A stretch of 28,761 bases of DNA, from positions 1-28,761 of the forward strand of contig CAYVJQ010000094.1 of assembly GCA_964451725.1 (NCBI GenBank), in the 5' to 3' direction. The stretch comes from an uncultured Nannocystaceae bacterium. GTDB taxonomy: Bacteria; Myxococcota_A; Polyangia; Nannocystales; Nannocystaceae. Below, in pieces: positions 24,735-28,761 of the stretch. Position numbers and translations under genes: made by a program. The notes beneath the pieces are model-generated. The model saw only the letters and a program-made list of their open reading frames with translations, was not told where the DNA came from and did not search any database. How positions within the stretch are numbered: position 1 is the stretch's first letter; every line of letters begins with the position of its first letter.

Positions 24735-26912
24735 TCACTCGCGAGGCGGGAGCCCGGTGTGCTGGGTCAGCGCCGTGCCCTCGCGGGGGCGCGACTTCTT
24801 GCCCGTTGCCGTTTTCCGCTTGCGGCCTTGCTGGTCCTTGCGACCTTGCTGGCCGTTGTGACCCTGCTGACCGTTGTGACCTTGCTGGCTGTTGCGGCCC
24901 TTGGCGCGGCGCCCCTCCCCGCCCCGTCCCAGGCCCGTGCCGGCGGGCTGATAGGTCGGGATCAGGTGGCGCTTGCCGTTTCCGATCAGATCCTCGCGCC
25001 CCATTCGCTGCAGGGCCGCCCGCAACATGGGCCAGTTTTCGGGGTCGTGGTAGCGCAGGAAAGCCTTGTGCAAGCGCCGGATCTCGAGGCCCTTGGGCAC
25101 CGGCACCTCCTCGCTGGTCTCAGCCCGGGTGACCTTCTTCAGCGGGTTCTTGCCCGTGTGATACATGGCGGTCGCGGTCGCCATGGGCGAGGGCAGGAAG
25201 GCCTGGACCTGGTCGGGGCGGAAGCGGTTTTGCTTGAGCCACAGGGCAAGCTCGAGCATGTCCTCCATGGTGGTCCCCGGGTGGGCGGCGATGAAGTAGG
25301 GGATCAGATACTGCTTCTTCCCAGCCTGCTCCGTGTAGCGCTCGAACAGGGTCTTGAAGCGCTCGTAGGTGCCCACACCGGGCTTCATCATCTTCGAGAG
25401 CGGACCCGTGGCGACGTGCTCGGGAGCGATCTTGAGGTAGCCCCCGACGTGGTGCTGGACCAGCTCGCGCACGTACTCGGGCGACTCGACGGCCAGGTCG
25501 TAGCGAAGCCCCGAGGCGACAAAAACCTTCTTGATCCCCGGCAGCGCCCGGGCCTTGCGGTAGAGCTGGATGAGATCGCTGTGGTCGGTGTTCAGGTTGT
25601 CGCAGATGCCTGGGTAGACACACGAAGGGCGCCGGCAGGCGGCCTCGATGTTCGGGTCTTTGCAGCCCAGGCGCCACATGTTCGCCGTCGGCCCACCGAC
25701 GTCGGAGATGATCCCCGTGAACCCCGGCACCGTGTCGCGGATGAGCTCGATCTCCCGGAGCACCGAGGCCTCGGAGCGGCTTTGGATGATCCGGCCTTCG
25801 TGCTCGGTGATCGAGCAAAATGTGCAGCCCCCAAAACAGCCACGCATGATCATGACCGAGGTCTTGATCATCTCGTAGGCGGGGATCTTGGCCTCGACGT
25901 CGTATTCGGGGTGGGGCCGGCGCTGGTAGGGCAACGCGTAGACCGCGTCCATCTCCTCGGTGCTCAGGGGCACGGGCGGCGGGTTGATCCAGACGTCCCG
26001 GCCGCTGTGGCGCTGGATCAGCACCCGGCCATTGTGGGGGTTGGCCTCTTGGTGCAGGACCCGAGAGGCGTGGGCGTAGAGGGTCTTGTCGTCGCGGACG
26101 ACCTCGAAGGCGGGCAGCCGCAGAGCCGTGCGCTCGCGCGGGTGGTTCAGGGCCCTGCGCTTGATGCTGACCAGACCCGCCGGTTGGTCGACCTCGCTCG
26201 AGTCGATCTCCACCCAGCCCGAGGGCAGACCGCGGCGCAGCACGGCCGTGCCCCGGATGTCGTCGATCTCGGCGAGCGGCTCGCGCTCGGCCAGGCGGTG
26301 GGCGAGCTCGAGGATCGAGCGCTCCGCGTTGCCGTAGATCAACATGTCGGCCTTGCTGTCGAGCAGCACGCTCCGGCGCACCCGCTCGGACCAGTAGTCG
26401 TAGTGGGCGATGCGCCGCAAGCTGGCCTCGATGCCGCCGACGATCACCGGGATCTGTGGACCACCGACCTCGCGGCAGCGCTGGCTGTAGACGATCACCG
26501 CCCGGTCGGGCCGGGCCCCCGCCTCGCCGCCGGCCGTATAGGCGTCGTCGGAGCGGCGCTTGCGATCGGAGGTGTAGTGGTTGACGAGCGAGTCCATATT
26601 GCCGCCCGTCACCCCCCAAAACAGGTTCGGCACCCCCAGGGCCTCGAAGGCCTCGGGGTCCTGCCACTGGGGCTGAGCCAGGACCCCGACCCGAAAGCCC
26701 TGGTGCTCGAGCACCCGGCCGATGACCGCAGCGCCGAAGCTGACGTGGTCGACGTAGGCGTCGCCGGTGACCAAAATGACGTCGCAGCTGTCCCAGCCCA
26801 GAGCGTCCATCTCCGCCCGCGAGGTCGGCAAAAACGGCGCCACGCCGAAGCGCTTGGCCCAGTACTTGCGGCGCCCGAACAACGGCGGCGCGACGGCACG
26901 GTTCGCGGTCAT
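24735..26912 (-). CDS. ygiQ: YgiQ-family (UPF0313) radical SAM protein
   Basis: The N-terminal YgiQ pattern is present ([43 protein letters not shown]...[12 protein letters not shown]). The radical-SAM cluster motif [13 protein letters not shown] is present. The basic C-terminal tail carries QQGHNG repeats. The start is the ATG at 26912 (MTANRAV). Confidence 0.9.
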   Translation of the reverse strand: MTANRAVAPPLFGRRKYWAKRFGVAPFLPTSRAEMDALGWDSCDVILVTGDAYVDHVSFGAAVIGRVLEHQGFRVGVLAQPQWQDPEAFEALGVPNLFWGVTGGNMDSLVNHYTSDRKRRSDDAYTAGGEAGARPDRAVIVYSQRCREVGGPQIPVIVGGIEASLRRIAHYDYWSERVRRSVLLDSKADMLIYGNAERSILELAHRLAEREPLAEIDDIRGTAVLRRGLPSGWVEIDSSEVDQPAGLVSIKRRALNHPRERTALRLPAFEVVRDDKTLYAHASRVLHQEANPHNGRVLIQRHSGRDVWINPPPVPLSTEEMDAVYALPYQRRPHPEYDVEAKIPAYEMIKTSVMIMRGCFGGCTFCSITEHEGRIIQSRSEASVLREIELIRDTVPGFTGIISDVGGPTANMWRLGCKDPNIEAACRRPSCVYPGICDNLNTDHSDLIQLYRKARALPGIKKVFVASGLRYDLAVESPEYVRELVQHHVGGYLKIAPEHVATGPLSKMMKPGVGTYERFKTLFERYTEQAGKKQYLIPYFIAAHPGTTMEDMLELALWLKQNRFRPDQVQAFLPSPMATATAMYHTGKNPLKKVTRAETSEEVPVPKGLEIRRLHKAFLRYHDPENWPMLRAALQRMGREDLIGNGKRHLIPTYQPAGTGLGRGGEGRRAKGRNSQQGHNGQQGHNGQQGRKDQQGRKRKTATGKKSRPREGTALTQHTGLPPRE

Positions 26913-27110
26913 CGGCGGAGGGTAACGGACCGCGACCACGCGGTCTTCGGGCTCCCTGCGCGCGCTCCGCCAATGACCCCCTCCGCCCCCAATCGCCCTT
27001 CCTACGACGATCCTCGAAGATCTGTCCCGACCGCGGCACAGCGCTGCAGCGCGTCGGCGGCGGTCCCGACCGCTCCCCGAACCCACCCGGTCCTGGATGC
27101 ACCCGCACAC

Positions 27111-28457
27111 ATGGCTCACAATGAGTCCTCCGTGTCCGCTCCCTGCCCACGCGCCGACCGTCGCTGGCTCCCCTGCGCGCTCTTGTGCACGCTCGCCTGC
27201 ACCCCGGATCCCCAGGCCTTCGCGCCCTCGGACGCCCCGGTCGAAGTGCCCGAGCCGAGCGCGTTCGCGGACCCAGAGCCCTCCCAAATCCCCTCTCAAA
27301 TCCCCTCCCAAATCCCCTCCCCGGTGGGCGGCCACGCGACCGGGGATCTCGAGACCGGCTCCGCGAAGATCCGGATGGGCGAGTCCCCGACCGAGCCCGA
27401 ACCCAAGGCTCCCTCGGTGATCGTCGGTGGCTCGAGCTTGGACCCGGACACCCCCGCGGGCCTGGTCGCCTTCTTCGACACCCTCGACCCGGCCGCCAGC
27501 GTCTGGGTCGGACCTCTCGAGGGCAACGGCGGCCGCCCCGTACTCGTCCTGATCCCCGCCGGGGTCGACCCCAACGCCGACTTCGAGCTCGTCTACCACT
27601 TCCACGGCACCTACAGCGAGCGGGTCGAGGCCCGGACCGAGACCAGCAAAAAGAAGCGCGAGTGGATCGGGTGGGAGCGCCTCGGCCAGACCATCGCCGC
27701 GATCACCGACCTCCAGGCGGCCCGACCCACCAACCTCGCGCTGGTCTACCCGATCAGCGCGGGCAAGCGCCTCGAGCCCGACCACAAGGGCTGGAGCAAC
27801 GTCGCCTACGACCGCATGTGGATGGACCCGGCCAGGCCCCCCGACTTTCGAGACGACTTCGATCGCCTGTTTGGAGAGGTCGAAGGCCTGCTCGTCGATA
27901 CGCTCGGCGTACACCCGAGCAGGCTCCCCGATCAGGCACTGGTCGAGGGTCACAGCGCCGGCGGCATCGCCCTGCGCAACATCGCCCTGCGCGGCTCGAG
28001 CCACGTCCGCGAATACCTGTTCCTGGATGCGAGCTTCATGGGCTGGGCCGACGTCGCCCACACCGCCCTGCTCACCCAGGGCTCGCCCAGCCTGCTGACC
28101 ATGGTGATCACCACCAAAGGTATGGCCGACCCCTTTGTGGGCCGAGAGCCCTGGTGTGTGACCCTCGAGGCCGACGCCGGGCAGTGGAGGACACAGCGGC
28201 GAGCCTGCGACAAATCCGGCGATGCCCACACTCCCGCCGGCGCGAGCATGGACTGCGGACAGCTCGAGGCCCAGGCCGAAGCTTGGGGTGAGCTCCGCGG
28301 CTGGTGCAGCGACATGGCCGACGAGATGCGGGGGGTCCCCAACGTCGCCCTGATCCGGACCCCCGTCTACCACGGCGACCACCCCCGCCGGTTCTCGGGT
28401 GGGCTCGACCTGCCCGACGATCGCAGCGCCCCCGCGGCCGCCCTCCTCGAACCCTGA
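27111..28457 (+). CDS. Lipoprotein, putative alpha/beta-hydrolase-like (GHSAGG nucleophile elbow)
   Basis: The lipobox is [13 protein letters not shown] x3 linker follows. The sequences [23 protein letters not shown] and VEGHSAGG (GxSxG) are present. The gene is divergent from ygiQ. The 5' 2.3 kb of the track ORF is antisense to ygiQ. Confidence 0.6.
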   Translation: MAHNESSVSAPCPRADRRWLPCALLCTLACTPDPQAFAPSDAPVEVPEPSAFADPEPSQIPSQIPSQIPSPVGGHATGDLETGSAKIRMGESPTEPEPKAPSVIVGGSSLDPDTPAGLVAFFDTLDPAASVWVGPLEGNGGRPVLVLIPAGVDPNADFELVYHFHGTYSERVEARTETSKKKREWIGWERLGQTIAAITDLQAARPTNLALVYPISAGKRLEPDHKGWSNVAYDRMWMDPARPPDFRDDFDRLFGEVEGLLVDTLGVHPSRLPDQALVEGHSAGGIALRNIALRGSSHVREYLFLDASFMGWADVAHTALLTQGSPSLLTMVITTKGMADPFVGREPWCVTLEADAGQWRTQRRACDKSGDAHTPAGASMDCGQLEAQAEAWGELRGWCSDMADEMRGVPNVALIRTPVYHGDHPRRFSGGLDLPDDRSAPAAALLEP

Positions 28458-28478
28458 GCGGGCCCGGGCTCGGGCCGC

Positions 28479-28761
28479 TCACTCAGCTGAGACAGCGATC
28501 GCTTCCGCGACCCTCCGGAGGTCACAGCCGTAGAGGTCGGCCCCGCTGAAGGGGTTGAGCTCGACCAGACGCAGCGCGCCCTCGACCTCGCCGACGTCCA
28601 ATACATAAGCCCGGTCGAGCGGTGGAACGGAATCGAGTCGACCCTCGGTGAGCGCGGCGATCACTTTCGCGGCGAACTCGAGCACAGCCGGGTCGAGCGC
28701 CACCAACCGGCCACTGAAGGGCTTGAGCGGGCTGTCTGGGCGGACAAAGATCTCCCCCCCG
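28479..28761 (-). CDS. C-terminal part of an ATP-grasp (DUF4343-like) protein. The gene continues beyond the window end.
   Basis: The frame is open to position 28761 (..GGEIFVRPDSPLKPFSGRLVALD..). The ...YVLDVGEVEGALRLVELNPFSGADLYGCD tail resembles the family C-terminus. Confidence 0.5.
   Translation of the reverse strand, partial: GGEIFVRPDSPLKPFSGRLVALDPAVLEFAAKVIAALTEGRLDSVPPLDRAYVLDVGEVEGALRLVELNPFSGADLYGCDLRRVAEAIAVSAE

Noticed and set aside
24759-27110. 5' two-thirds of the 1232-aa plus-strand ORF
   Set aside because: This part is antisense to the well-supported ygiQ radical-SAM gene. Only the portion from the ATG at 27111, which carries the lipobox, looks like a real protein.
26913-28382. 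Upstream extension of the 1215-aa minus-strand ORF beyond the YgiQ start
   Set aside because: YgiQ-family proteins begin close to the ..[15 protein letters not shown].. motif. The extension is antisense to the hydrolase-like lipoprotein gene and has shadow-ORF composition.

Overview
This is a high-GC window: hand-counted 60-nt samples of ordinary genes give about 70-73% GC. It is gene-dense. Gene content points to a myxobacterial or deltaproteobacterial chromosome. The clues are many lipoproteins with acidic low-complexity linkers after the lipobox Cys, a Myxococcus-type Cys-rich repeat protein, an Oar-like TonB receptor and an ECF sigma factor. That taxon call is an inference.

Most of the window is ordinary. 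It holds a TonB-dependent receptor with a partner lipoprotein, an alkaline-phosphatase-superfamily phosphodiesterase lipoprotein, a fatty-acid desaturase, YjgA/DarP, a rhodanese-MoeB fusion, GAPDH, a TauE permease, an ECF sigma factor, a GDPD lipoprotein, the YgiQ radical-SAM protein and an alpha/beta-hydrolase-like lipoprotein.

Two regions look accessory.

1. About 4.66-8.35 kb. A compositionally foreign segment (about 47-60% GC in hand-counted samples) carries a translationally coupled gene pair. The first gene encodes a signal-less LysM + PG_binding_1 protein. The second encodes a 753-aa orphan protein. The segment is bracketed by a decayed direct repeat of an internal piece of the downstream lipoprotein gene. 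No integrase or transposase is visible. This is my best candidate for an undescribed system.

2. About 14.66-15.74 kb. A tight three-gene minus-strand operon of lower GC encodes a PTH2-like protein, a 95-aa Arg-rich protein and an S24 peptidase-domain-only protein. A tRNA-like T-arm/acceptor element lies at its 5' end.

The many long antisense ORFs in the track are high-GC shadow ORFs. The window is also rich in hexamer- and 18-mer-period simple repeats. All family calls come from motif recognition by eye. No database search was run, and start codons are inferred.
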